Assembly (NCBI RefSeq): GCF_902652985.1
Contig: NC_047026.1
Span: 31,372,001-31,436,000 of the forward strand
DNA: 64,000 nt
Direction: 5' to 3'
DNA from: Pecten maximus
Taxonomy: Eukaryota
In this document: positions 50,990 to 63,928 of the stretch, piece after piece
Layout of the letters: every line of letters begins with the position of its first letter
Position numbering within the stretch: the stretch's first letter is position 1
The notes under the pieces: generated by a model
Told to the model about the DNA's origin: nothing
Database searches by the model: none
The model's input: only the letters and a program-made list of their open reading frames with translations
Translations under genes and position numbers: made by a program

Positions 50990-53900
50990 GTAAGTCATGC
51001 TACCAAACCGTCATACCTATCTATCAACAAAGTTTCATATCCTGTCATAACGAGAGACAACAATCAGTACGTTCGTTATAAACATTTGCCACTCGTAGTC
51101 ACAATACATAGACTTTTGTTCCAGCATTTCAATACTAAATCATTGGTTGGTAGTATTTTAACTTACTCGCAGATAATGTTGTCATTTCTCACATACTTCA
51201 CAGGGTGTTCCCGTGATTACTAGGGTTGGAATTAATAGAATATTTCATCCACTTGGGAGGAGACCGCGGAATCCCCTTCCGAGAGTGGAAGATTTGCTGT
51301 TTGCCATCTTAAGTATCTTACACCGATAGTTGAGATTCCCCGTCTTATTTCCATGGGGATGAATGATTATTTACAACAAAGATAGATAAACTCAAAACAG
51401 TTTTTTATTCAAATCTTCACTCATATGCTTTTTGTTTCTGATGTCAACACGTCAGCTTAACGACTTTTCTTTACAATGTAGGAAGATCTTAATACATGGA
51501 TATAACCTTTACATTGAGTCAGAATAACAAAAGAGACGACCAGTTTGTATTTAAGTTAGTTGGGTATATTCTTCGCCATATTGGCCGGTTGACACAGTTG
51601 TAACACACTGGCCTTTCACCAAAACGTGGCTTATTTATTTAAAATAAATAACGTTTACATTTCTAAATTCAAAAATACCCAAATATATATCACAACCTGT
51701 CAGTATACATTTTTGCGTTCAGGTGTAACGATTTTGGTGTATATCATTACAAGTTGTCATAACTTCAAAACAAAATCCATTTAAAACGTAACGCGATTGA
51801 AATACAAACATGGACTTCCATGGAAAACCCATTGTCATATTCTTTGTTTTATATTTAGTGTTTGCATATTAATTACATCCCGGTAAAATGTTGAACGTAG
51901 TTAACCGTTTGTATTATAGAAGCTTTATTTAGATTTTCAAAAACTGCCTAGAATTGTTGTCATGTTCAATAACACTGTTGTAAACAGTGACCCTATAGAT
52001 GTTTTGCTTGAACACTACACTGCATCTTTTAGTGTATTTGCAAGCCTAAACAACGAGTAAATGTCATGTGAATTTTTTTTACTAAGACTACATGTATATA
52101 CAAACATTGATGAAATTGCATAGTTTGAAATATATATTCTGGAATGGCAGATCGATACTCATCGACGGAGCTAGAAGAAACAATTTAGATTAGGATAATA
52201 TTACTTTTGATTGATGTACGTCAAAACGAGTATTTGTCATTGTTGTCTGTATAGTTATGTAAGAGGAATGGTTTTGTTCAGAGCAAGTACCTGTCGAAGA
52301 ATGTATCAGAATATATATCAAGATAACTATTAGCTGAACAGTTTTGTAGAAAATTACTATCATGTTCTACAAGTATGTTCTACGGGTCTGGTTAATGTTT
52401 TGTATGTCTATGTATCCGAAATGCAAATGATTCAAAAAGTGGCAATATAATAATGTATTAATGTGACTTTCTCGTTTAGCATAAGACTTCCTCTTAATCT
52501 ATCTTATTTTTAGATGGGAAACTATCGGTGGATACGACGGATTATAACGAGACAGACCTAGCTTTGAGATTACCTGAGGTGAAGTTTGGTGGAATATACC
52601 AACCTGCTTCATGTGCTGCACGAAGCAAAGTGGCGATAATAATTCCATACCGAAACCGGGCCACACATTTAAAGATACTTCTTAACAACCTCCATCCTTT
52701 GCTTCAGAAGCAGCAGCTTGATTATGGCATTTTTGTCATCGAATTGGTAAAGATATGGTGTTCTCATATAAGGTGTTGTTTGAATTATATATATTACTTG
52801 CGAATGGACCAACATTACAACTTTATCGCCATAAACCATAGCTCACTGATATTATAGTCTCACTTCTCGTACGAAGACCTCATGTTAGAATAATTGAATA
52901 TGAACTCTTACCTTCGGTATCTTTACACTTTATCTTTATCGTCCATGTGGTGGAATAGTTTTATTTATTTATTCATTTAAATCGGCCTCCAAGTTTTCCC
53001 TATCAAAACTTCATTGAACTGATTATTGATGTCGTTTTCTGTAAAGTTGGAATAATTGTTAAATTCATATATAAATTCTTGTGATACCTATATACAACAT
53101 CCATAGTCTTTGTATACATAATTTGTTCAAGACTAGCAAACTCCATCATGGTATCACGTTCCTTGTAGATAACAATGGACGTTTGTGCATACATGATTTG
53201 TCATAGATTCGCAAAACGCTAACCTTCCTGGAACTTTTGGTGTTAACTTTCTTGTACCTTTTAGGGTATCCATGCAAGATGATATTTTTCAAGAATTGCG
53301 ATTTCGTTTATATGCTGTTTTTCTCTTATTGTTCTTTCTATTTGGAGTTTACATTGTTGATATCATAGTATTGTTAATGACAACGATCAGGTATAGTTCT
53401 TGTTCATTGTTCATTTCAAAGGAGTCGTCTGTTAAATTCAACAAAGCAGTGGTTATGAACATAGGATTTCTTGAGGTGGCAAAGAAGCATGGCTACCATT
53501 GCTTTATCTTCCATGACGTGGACCTTATCCCGGAAAATGATAATAACATGTACTCATGTCCAGATAATCCCAGACACATGTCTGTAGCCATCGACAAATT
53601 CGACTACGAGTGAGTAACACTATCCTTTCTTTATACATGTACTTGGCTTTTCATGGAAAATATTAATTTCACCACAATTATAAACACACTAATTAGACTG
53701 AATGGAAAGGGGTCGGAGTCTAAATAATATTGCTGTTCCGGGCCATATGGTGGTGACTTACAATCATTTTTCCTGCATGTATATTGCAAAAATAACTTCA
53801 TATTGATAATAAAAAGATATAGTGCGGCTCTCAAAAAACAAGGACTCTATGTGAACATGAGGAGAAGGAAACAAAATGCTAGATAGGAAAAAGGGCAAAT

Positions 53901-56353
53901 TTATAGATATATAAGAGGTCCAACTTGGGCTGCATTGGTGGAGTTAATGTCGTCAAAGTCGACGATAAAGAATATACTCACCTCTTACGATACCATGCAG
54001 TGATATAAAGGAAGGTTCTACATTATCCGCAGTAAACATCGGCAGAAACGATCCTGCACAGGGAAAGTCAATAATAAGTCGCCTTCTAAAACATAAAGCG
54101 AAGTTTCCTTTCCCTTGATCGCTTTTATGTTACGTACATCAATCATATTAATTAAAGAGGTTGCCATTTAACGAATATCGCATAATTGATAAATGGAAAA
54201 TACTTACCCTGATTTTAATGGCAGTATTTATGTAAAAATGTGTCGATGAGATTATATTATGTTTGTGACCTCTATGAAATTATACGTTTTGAACGTTACT
54301 ATGAACCCAAAACTCTGTTACTTTACAATTTATTTTACCTTGTGTATTATTTTACCCTGTGCATTACTATTTACGATAGATTACCATATGTGAAACTGTT
54401 CGGAGGGGTAACGGCAATGCGGAAGGAACATTTTGAAGCAGTGAATGGCTACTCTAACAAGTATTTTGGATGGGGCGGTGAAGACGATGATATGTATGAA
54501 AGGTAAGCCTTCATTGATTATATACTGAGGTATGTGTATAAAACAATTTTTTTTAATGAACTAACAAAATCTGAGTACCCACCTTAGGTCGTACTAAAAC
54601 TCTATTCGAAAGCATTCGAGATGATACATGGCATTTGATTGGTCAACAATAATTTCATATTACCTCTACAGGTTTCACATTAGTATATGGAGCCCTGATA
54701 GAGATTGAAATGATGTCATTAACCATGATTAACCTGGATTTGTCAAAAAAATAATAATGATGCCAGAAACAATAGCCTGACACGAAAAGTGTTCCACCGT
54801 CATAAATAATTTGCAAGTAGAACATTTCTGGAACAAAAAGCAGAGACATAACAAAACATTTTTTGATTGAATGAAGTTAATTAGTTTCATAAGTACGGTA
54901 GTACATCGAACGAGGTTGGAATCTTGCGACAATATAATAATGGTGCCCAGTACTAATAAGTCCCTGTATACTTTACATGTTTACTGTTTATTCTAAAGGA
55001 TTCGGGCGGTGGGTCTAGCAGTGACTAGGTTTACTTCTGACGTGAGCGCCTACCAGATGTTGCCTCATCATCAGGATGAGAAGAACGAAGACAGGTAAGG
55101 AAAGGAGACGTGCAGGAATAGTGGTTGTACTCATTTTCATTGATGCCCAATATATCACTAAAATTCTTAATTAGTTATATCAGTGTCTCCAAGGCAAACA
55201 CGGAATCTACGACAGTTTTTAGTAGTGATATGATATGATATTTCAATTTAGCAATTTTCAATGCAACGTTTTGAATAAACATTTATAAAAGTGATCATCG
55301 GATATTGTAACCAGTTACTTCAAACGTACATAAATTAAGCGGTAATCATATTTTAGTAACTTTGGAGCTGGAAGCATTCCGCTAAATTATGATTGCGCTT
55401 ATTGCAGTTTCTGCATAATGTTTCTATGGCAAGTATTGTTGTTGTACCTATTCATCACTGTATTAACCTTTTTAAAAATTCGGATTTGCTCTAACATTTG
55501 AGTGCGCCAAATTTATTCCGGTTACCGTGACAGTCGATGGAAATGACATTATTGAACAATAGACTATCAACTTACAATCTAACGCGAACAGCACCAGAGC
55601 ACATATTATTTACAACAGAATGAAATTGACACTGAATAACAACAGCACTATTCCTGCTGTTCCATAGCCTAAATTGCCTTGGATCCTCATTTGTCGTCTT
55701 ATTTTGTTAGAAATGCACTATTATGTTGTAGGCATCGACTCCTAGAGATGGGCAGTAACCGATGGAAAGGGGATGGACTTAATACTATTAAGTATAAGGT
55801 GCTGCAGACTGTCCAGAAACGTCTGTATACGAGTATTCTAGCGACTATTGACCCGAACGACAAACCCTTTCGGATGTGGACAATCAAACCACGTGTTAAC
55901 CAACCAGTCCGCTTCTTTGATGACGATGTTGACAAACAGTTGAAAGAAAAGGCAATGGTAATACTAAACACCGGTCATCTTGACCAACGCCTGTATTACA
56001 TGCTAAAGGTAGAATTCCTTGTGTTAAATACTCCCATGGTTACCACAGACATTGTTTCTGATATTTTAAGAAAGATTTTACCTCATTTCAGCTTTTCTGC
56101 AGACATGATACAAAGAGTAAACGATTTCCAGAATAAGCAGAAATTTGCAAATATAGACATGAAACATGTTTCTACTTTTAATAAACATAAAACGGATTTC
56201 CTTTCAAATATGAAATTAAGCTTTATTGTAAATAATTTCAATGAAAACATGAAAAGAATGCAACAAGCAGTTCTAGAAGGACAGAGTCTGAAAAAAATGC
56301 TGAAACATCCGTCTAAAAAATTCCCTGCGGCATCCAACCGCGGTATAGTGTGA
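50581..56353 (+). CDS. GT7 beta-1,4-galactosyltransferase-family gene, probable beta-1,4-N-acetylgalactosaminyltransferase (bre-4-like), 556 aa. join(50581-50989,52514-52746,53422-53609,54380-54502,54999-55094,55732-56353)
   Basis: Six exons with GT-AG junctions and matching phases (1,0,2,2,2), 1671 nt. Type II TM anchor; VAIIIPYRNR, FNKA, FHDVD, PRH, FGGV, GWGGEDDD, M-x-x-H and DGLN motifs. Confidence 0.95.
52514..52746 (+). CDS. B4GalT/GalNAcT exon 2 (GG.YQP..C...KVAIIIPYRNR...QQLDYGIFVIEL)
   Basis: TTTTTAG acceptor, GTAAAG donor. Confidence 0.96.
53422..53609 (+). CDS. B4GalT/GalNAcT exon 3 (FNKA...FHDVDL...PRHMSVAIDKF)
   Basis: AAG acceptor, GTGAGT donor; DxD motif. Confidence 0.96.
54380..54502 (+). 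CDS. B4GalT/GalNAcT exon 4 (LPYVKLFGGV...GWGGEDDDMYER)
   Basis: TAG acceptor, GTAAGC donor. Confidence 0.96.
54999..55094 (+). CDS. B4GalT/GalNAcT exon 5 (IRAVGLAVTRFTSDVSAYQMLPHHQDEKNEDR)
   Basis: AAG acceptor, GTAAGG donor, phase 2-2; too short for the ORF track. Confidence 0.93.
55732..56353 (+). CDS. B4GalT/GalNAcT exon 6 (DGLNTIKY...LYTSI) plus C-terminal extension of about 165 aa
   Basis: TTGTAG acceptor; open frame to TGA at 56353. Confidence 0.9.
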
Positions 56354-56441
56354 CGACATGACATGGGTTGGTCTCAATTACCTAAAGTTTTAGGCTACCA
56401 CACATTGAATTTCTGCTCTAAAAGTTTTCCATAAAAGAAAT

Positions 56442-57471
56442 ACAGAGGGTGACAAATCATTTATTAATTACGAAAAATTGATACTACAAGATCATGAAAT
56501 GAACTTACTCATATATACCAAATACATATATAAAAATATCACTTTGATAAAACATAAAATAATAAGCCAATGTGGGGTTAACCAAATAAAAACCGCCACA
56601 TTGAAATGTCTTCCCCACAGAACATTGAGTGTTTGTTGTACATTTTTGTTTGTTATGAATTGTTGAGCTACCTGTTTCTTGTTTGTAGTCTGGTAGTTTT
56701 AATGGACGGGTACCTTCACAGTTCTGGGTAGGCCCTCTTTTTCTTCAAAGATATCTCTTATTGGCGTTAGATAATTCAAAGAAACTTTGATGCCTGTAGT
56801 AAACTGCAGAGGATTTATTTTTGATTTCAAGTTGAGATATAAACATATTTTGCCTTCTGTAGGGAAGACATTTCAATATCTTTTTGGGGGCTAACCCCAC
56901 ATGGCTTATTATTTTATGTTTGACCAAACTTACTTTATGCATAGGAAACACTATACAAGAATAATTTCATATTTTACATTTTTATTCCTTGAGGTTTCGT
57001 GAGGGTTATGCCCCTTGATATAATTAATTTATTGCCCATTTATTTCATGGTAGTTATGTCCCTTGGCGTTAGACCAATGGGCCCCTGATTTATCAGGTCC
57101 CAAGACCCTGCGGCCATCCTCATCATTATGCAGCCATCTCTAAAATTTGCAGCATCAGCTTTTGAGTGTCCAACATTTAGCCAAGAAAAAATACTTAAAT
57201 TTAGAACTCCCACCTTCTGCCTCCCTTTGACTTATTATTTAATATCTTATCAAAGTGATATTTTAGGTGTATTTGGTATATGAGTTGTGTTATTGTGTTA
57301 TGTCATAATCATTTGGCGGTTTTTATTTGGTTAACCCCACATTCGCTTTTTATTTAATGTTTGATCAAAGTGATATTTTACATATGTATTTGGTATATAC
57401 GAGTAATTCAGCTCATAATCCTGTATTATTACTTTTTCGTAATTAATAAATGTTTTTTTTTAACCCTCTGT
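56442..57471. mobile_element. About 1-kb element with long (about 157-bp) diverged inverted termini and extra internal partial copies
   Basis: 56442-56598 is the inverted counterpart of 57314-57471; partial inverted copies at about 56855-56930 and 57230-57285. Confidence 0.75.
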
Positions 57472-59025
57472 GAGGGTGGCCTTATTCATTCAATACAGTT
57501 GTTGAGTTGTTTCCTGTAAGTGTGTAGATGCATAAAAGGAATTATGTGACTATTTATGTGAATCACAATCGACTGGAGAGCAGAGATATTGTGAATATTT
57601 GGTCAATAATTAAAACAAATCCATACATTTCCCAATTTAATGAGAATCGTTAATAATCGTTAATGTTTAGGTAAATCGAAAGTGTGTAGGATTTTGTGTT
57701 TGTGTTCATTCCATTGACTTATCCTATACATATGGAGATCGAGTTGATGTTAATATATGTCTTCAGTCCTAATGTTATCCTATACATATGTCAGTAGAGT
57801 GAGTTTATATCATAGTAACATCTGTCTACATTACACTAATGCTATCCTATACACGTGTCTACATTACACTAATGCTATCCTATACAATATGTCAGTAGAG
57901 AGAGTTTATGCCATAGTTACATCTGTCTACATTACACGAATGCTATCCTATACATATGTCTACATTACACTAATGATATCATATACATATGTCGGTAGAG
58001 CAAGTTTATATCATAGTTACATCTGTCTACATTACACTAATGCTATCATATACATACAGTTGGGAGCAAACTAAACTTGGTAGTCTAGTGCACTTCAGTG
58101 CACTACAAAAGTTAACTCCAGTTAACATCGTAGTGCACCTGAGTTTACATCGTAGTGCACTTGAGTTCACATCGTAGTGCACCGGAGTTAACATCGTAGT
58201 GCACTAGAGTTAACACTGTAGTGCACTGGAGTGAACATCGTAGTGCACTTGAGTTCACATCGTAGTGCACTAGAGTCAATACATACAAAGTATTTGATAT
58301 ACAATGCATAATCTCTTGAACATATAAATGTTTCATTAAAACAAAATTTCTCAAATATATATACAGGGACTAGTCCATGTATATTGTGTGTGTTCATGAT
58401 GGTGTGTACATTTTACTTTTATTTCAGATATGTTTATTACATGTATATAAGTACAATACATGCCACGTATTGGTAAATAGAATATACACAAAAACTGACA
58501 AAATACAGGTATCATATTACATTAATTCCATCCATTACATCCACCTATTACATCCACCCATTACATCCATGCATTTACACTAAATTAAGATTAGTTATAA
58601 TTAAGGAAGCATGGAAAATGCCAGTTTTGAAATTAAAATTAAATCGATCAACATCAAGCAATATTGATTCTGCCTTCATTGAAACATATGTTGTATATGC
58701 AACATAAATGTTATAGTTTGTATACCGTCAGGTATATAGTCTTTCCAGACAAGGTAAATGGGATTATGATTGCTATTTTGTTGAAAGGTGTGAAAACACA
58801 GCCAAGGAATCTGGCACAAGGCGTCCAGCTGTTCTGGGCATGGCCAAAGGGCATTAAGCTTAATTAAGGGTTTAGCTGTACAGGTACTGTACTAGTCATG
58901 CATGGCTACCCCTCCCCTAAACTCTCATGTAATTATATATAATCAGTCCCCAATCTAAGTTTTATCGTATGTACCTAATAAGTGTATAAATTAGTTTCCT
59001 ATGGCAAGCCAAAGTGGAAAAAAGT

Positions 59026-59458
59026 CACTATTTATGGATATCCATAAATGAATTATGGATATCCATAATTCATTTATGGATATCAATAAATAATTCTTAA
59101 TATCCATAATTAATTCTTAATATCCATAATTAATTCTAATATCCATAATTCGATTTATGGATATCCATATATACTTATTTATGGATATCCATAAATCAAC
59201 TTTAATTATGGATATCCATAATTCATTTATGAATATCCATAATTCATTTATGGATATCCATAATTCATTTATGGATATTAAGATACGAATTATGGATATT
59301 TACAGGCGATTTATGAATATCCATAATTCATCGCGTTTTTTAAATATTCGTAAATCATTTTTAAATATCCATAAATCAGCGACCCCTATGTCTGGTTGCA
59401 CTATTAGAGGAGTTCCGAAAAAAAAGACATGCGCATATTAAATATTCATAAATCAGTG
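59026..59458. mobile_element. Nested MITE-like element with ATGGATATCCATAATTCATTT repeats and CACT...AGTG ends
   Basis: CACTATTTATGGATAT ... ATATTCATAAATCAGTG; 21-22-bp internal repeats; no TSD seen. Confidence 0.6.
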
Positions 59459-59504
59459 AGGCGAGTGTCGTTTACGATCTAAGAACCTCGTTAAGCACCT
59501 TGCT

Positions 59505-59580
59505 CTGATTGGCTGAAAAACACACTGCCAATCTATCGCGCTCGTTTATTGGTCAATAACAATAGAAAACGAAAGTAGCT
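59505..59580. promoter_or_regulatory. Promoter-like cluster: three CCAAT boxes plus an ISRE/IRF-like GAAAACGAAAGT
   Basis: ATTGG 59508, CCAAT 59528, ATTGG 59548 (20-bp spacing) and GAAAACGAAAGT 59565-59576. Motif match only. Confidence 0.35.
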
Positions 59581-62500
59581 TTCAATATAGTTCGGATACA
59601 CGTACATGTAGATTTACATTTCCACCTCATCCACAACTTCACTGATAGATTTTATATTTAACGTTAATCGCACAAATTACTAATCTTCCATCTAAAGAAA
59701 ACACGGCAAACTTTACGAGCCTGAAACAAAATGTTTTTGATTATTATTGAGAAATATAAATACTGATTTGCAAGCTTTCGAGATAATATTATAAAGGTTT
59801 TTAAAATCCAAACAAAAACTGTGAGTTCACCTGTCGTTTTGATAAGTGTCACCAAGCTGTGTGTATTAGAGTATGAGTCAAATCCAAGTGTCAAAAATTA
59901 TAGTTACAGTCATGCTAGACCAAATGTCTGCATCGACTACATCTTAAAGATAACAGGTAAAACAATATGTTTATAATTTGATTACTTTTTTCATTACTTA
60001 TTTCATTATTATATTTAAAAGATTATAAACAAATGATTTTTTTTTCAAATGTCTATAGGGAGGTTAATTACTTATCATTATTATTTTGCTGAAATGATTG
60101 ATTGCAAAACGTTGCATTTGACTGACCACTTTTACCTGGTGGTCACTCAGGTATGACCATACAAGACCAAGGTGTGAAAATTGATCTGTTGGTTAGACCT
60201 TACCTGTAATTATCCCATATTGTTCTACTCTCACACCTGTAGTCTCAACTGACCAAGAAAATAATTTACCTGTATCGTAGTGCAGAATGTCTTACCTGGT
60301 AAACGCTGGGTGTCGTATATTGATCAATAAGAATAAAAATTTATTAATACTTACATTTAAAGTTGGATTATTCACTTTGACTTTCTTTTTTGGTGGAGGA
60401 GATCGATGGGCACAACAAGGTACAACCGAGAAGCCACAGGGAGATTAACTTGTTCCTCAGTTTGAACTGTTTTCATAATTATGTAACGCGACTCAACTTA
60501 ATACAGTTCTGTGAACAGTATACAATTGTAAACAGTACTTGGTCAATTGTTTAATATTTTGTATCTGCAGTAAACAAAATTGCTTTTGTTTTCACTGAAT
60601 TTTCAGTTTCACTATTTAAATGTCAATCAAAATGCAGTATTGCTAATTAGTATATATGGATGAAATCTAAAATGATTTCTCATTTGATAACAAACATGGT
60701 TTCAATGGAGATTACTTATATATATATTTAATTAGGTACTCCTTAATTAATTAATAATTTTTATTTCATGAATATAAGTATAATTATAACATTGTATATG
60801 AAGCTTTCAGGAAAATATATAAATTTGTTTGCTTATTCAATATAAAACAAATAATTAACATAAGTTGAGGGGAAGCTACATACTTTTACACACAATGAAT
60901 TATATAGTGCCACTAAATCCTAATAAAATCTTAACTGCAAGAGACTGATACCAGTCCAGTGCCATTGGGGCCCCTAGACCACTGCCATTCATACCTGTAA
61001 CATATTAATTACCCTGTGTGGTGTGAGTCACACCTGATCAGGCCGGTTTCCCCAATTAACTCCAAGGGGGTCCATTTATAGCAGGCATTATACCGATACC
61101 TTATCTAACTATAGGTATCCTCTCATAATATGTAAGTTAATAATTGACAAGATTAATGTACCTGTAGTCAGGTTTCATTAATACATCATTTATAAATATG
61201 AAATATATATAAAATCAATCCACTAGAATGCCTGAAGATGGAATTTAATATTTCATATTGTTTTAGCATATATAGTATTAAAATACACATTTCCTGCATC
61301 TGGCATGGATTGAATTCCTCTGGCCTTTATACGTTAAGACTGACATTTTGACATAATATATTATATTTAAGTCTAAATAAGAAATCTCTCTGTCAGCAAG
61401 TCTAAATTAGTACTGAGTCAAAGGGTTTAATTGTGCTACATACATGAACATGGGTAGCTATACCTTCAAAACTTGACTTGCACACATAATATACAACACA
61501 TCAAATCATATAGCTCATAACAACATTAACCGAAGAACTGAAGTGCACATCATAGTGCACTTGAGTTAACATTGTAGTGCACTGGAGTTAACATTGTAGT
61601 GAACTCAAGTGCACTACGATGTTTAGTCTAGTGCACTGCGTTGTTCACTACGTGTGCACTATGAAGTGCACTTGGTACCAAGTTTAGTTTGCTCCCAACT
61701 GTATGTCGGTAGAGCAAGTTTATATCATAGTTACATCTGTCTACATTGCACGAATGCTATCCTATACATGTGTCTACATTACACTAATGCTATCATATAC
61801 ATATGTCGATAGAGCAAGTTTATATCATAGTAACATCTGTCTACATTACACTAATTCTCTCCTATACACGTGTCTACATTACACTAATGCTATCCTATAC
61901 ACGTGTCTACATTACACTAATGCTATCCTATACATGTGTCTACATTACACTAATGCTATCCTATACATGTGTCTACATTACACTAATGCTATCATATACA
62001 TATGTCGGTAGAGTGAGTTTATATCATAGTTACATCTGTCTACATTACACTAATTCTCTTCTATACATGTGTCTACATTACACTAATGCTATCATATACA
62101 TATGTCAGTAGAGTGAGTTTATATCATAGTTACATCTGTCTACATTACACTAATTCTCTCCTATACATGTGTCTACATTACACTAATGCTATCATATACA
62201 TATGTCAGTAGAGTGAGTTTATATCATAGTTACATCTGTCTACATTAGACTTATTCTCTCCTATACATGTGTCTACATTACACTAATGCTATCCTATACA
62301 TATGTCAGTAGAGTGAGTTTATATCATAGTTACATCTGTCTACATTACACTAATTCTCACCTATACACGTGTCTACATTACACGAATGCTATCCTATACA
62401 TGTGTCTACATTACACTAATGCTATCATATACATATGTCGGTAGAGTGAGTTTATATCATAGTTACATCTGTCTACATTACACTAATTCTCTCCTATACA

Positions 62501-63928
62501 TGTGTCTACATTACACTAATGCTATCATATACATATGTCAGTAGAGTGAGTTTATATCATAGTTACATCTGTCTACATTACACTAATTCTCTCCTATACA
62601 TGTGTCTACATTACACTAATGCTATCATATACATATGTCAGTAGAGTGAGTTTATATCATAGTTACATCTGTCTACATTACACTAATTCTCTCCTATACA
62701 CGTGTCTACATTACACGAATGCTATCCTATACATGTGTCTACATTACACTAATGCTATCATATACATATGTCGGTAGAGTGAGTTTATATCATAGTTACA
62801 TCTGTCTACATTAGACTTATTCTCTCCTATACATGTGTCTACATTACACTAATGCTATCATATACATATGTCAGTAGAGCAAGTTTATATCATAGTTACA
62901 TCTGCCTACATTACACTAATTCTCTCCTATACACGTGTCAAAGGATTGAGCTGATGTTTTACATGGTTTATCTGTGATAAGTAAGAATTTAATTCAGAGA
63001 CTTTAGAGCTAAGAGCTTTATCAAATACATCATATATGATGCATTGCGTGAGGATGGGAGTGATTTCTAAGAATTGTTTGATTTGAGGAATATAAAAGAG
63101 CTCATTTGCCTTCTGAGGGAGTTGATGAATTGTATGAAGAGTCGGTATAATGATGAGTATTTGTCTACGTTTTGAGTGAGAGTGTCTTGCGATAAAGGTT
63201 TGCTATGTATGTAGTGATACACTTGAAGATGGTATACGCCGGTCGATTCTAATTTTTACAACATATGTATGACAAGTTTTACAAATTTTAGAATGTCCAG
63301 GTGAATAATAAATAATCCGTGACCGTGATAATACTGTGTTACAATAATACACCCGGTGGTTTACTGTTGTATACCCTTTCATATTAAATATGATCAATGA
63401 TTACAAACGATCAACGTGTTTTGTTTTCTATTGACGTAATAGGGAAGGTACACCACGGTACCACACACATATTAAACATATTCATCATGTTCAGTGGCCA
63501 ATCGGAAATTATGATAATTTTAATCAATAATTGCGCTCCATTGTTACCACTATAGTCATCATTTCGTATTTATTTTGGTAGCATGGTGGGTTTGATACAA
63601 AATAGTGCGTGTTGTAGATACATATCAACCCTTTAAAAGAATAAGTTATTAATATTTATAGCTCAGATATTCCACATTCCTATATCATCTACTTATTTTA
63701 TACAATATTTGCCAAGGGAAGTAACTGCTATCACCACACGACTGTCTGTTGAATTGACAAGTGTGTATACCAAAACTTATTCTTGTTCATACTTATCAAA
63801 TTGAAGAAATGGTTTCACAGAAACTTATGAAAAAAAAATCTATATCAATAATTAAAACATGGGTGTGATGTAATCTATTGTTATAACATGGTGTATAGTT
63901 GAGACATGTCTACTATTATCACCTATAG

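Larger units (their letters stand above)
58057..61701. mobile_element. 3645-bp non-autonomous DNA transposon, perfect 26-bp TIR, TA TSD, 22-bp subterminal GTGCAC repeats
   Basis: ATACATA|CAGTTGGGAGCAAACTAAACTTGGTA ... TACCAAGTTTAGTTTGCTCCCAACTG|TATGTCGG; removing it restores the satellite unit ATACATATGTCGGTAG. Confidence 0.95.
57770..62937. repeat. Satellite with a 100-bp higher-order unit (33+33+34 bp), split by a transposon insertion
   Basis: ATGTGTCTACATTACACTAATGCTATCCTATAC subunits alternate with ATATGTCAGTAGAGTGAGTTTATATCATAGTTAC at 57770-58056 and 61702-62937. Confidence 0.95.

Noticed and set aside
57757-62111. ORFs such as MSVEQVYII.../MDIHNSF...
   Set aside because: Translations of the 33/100-bp satellite and of transposon internal repeats.
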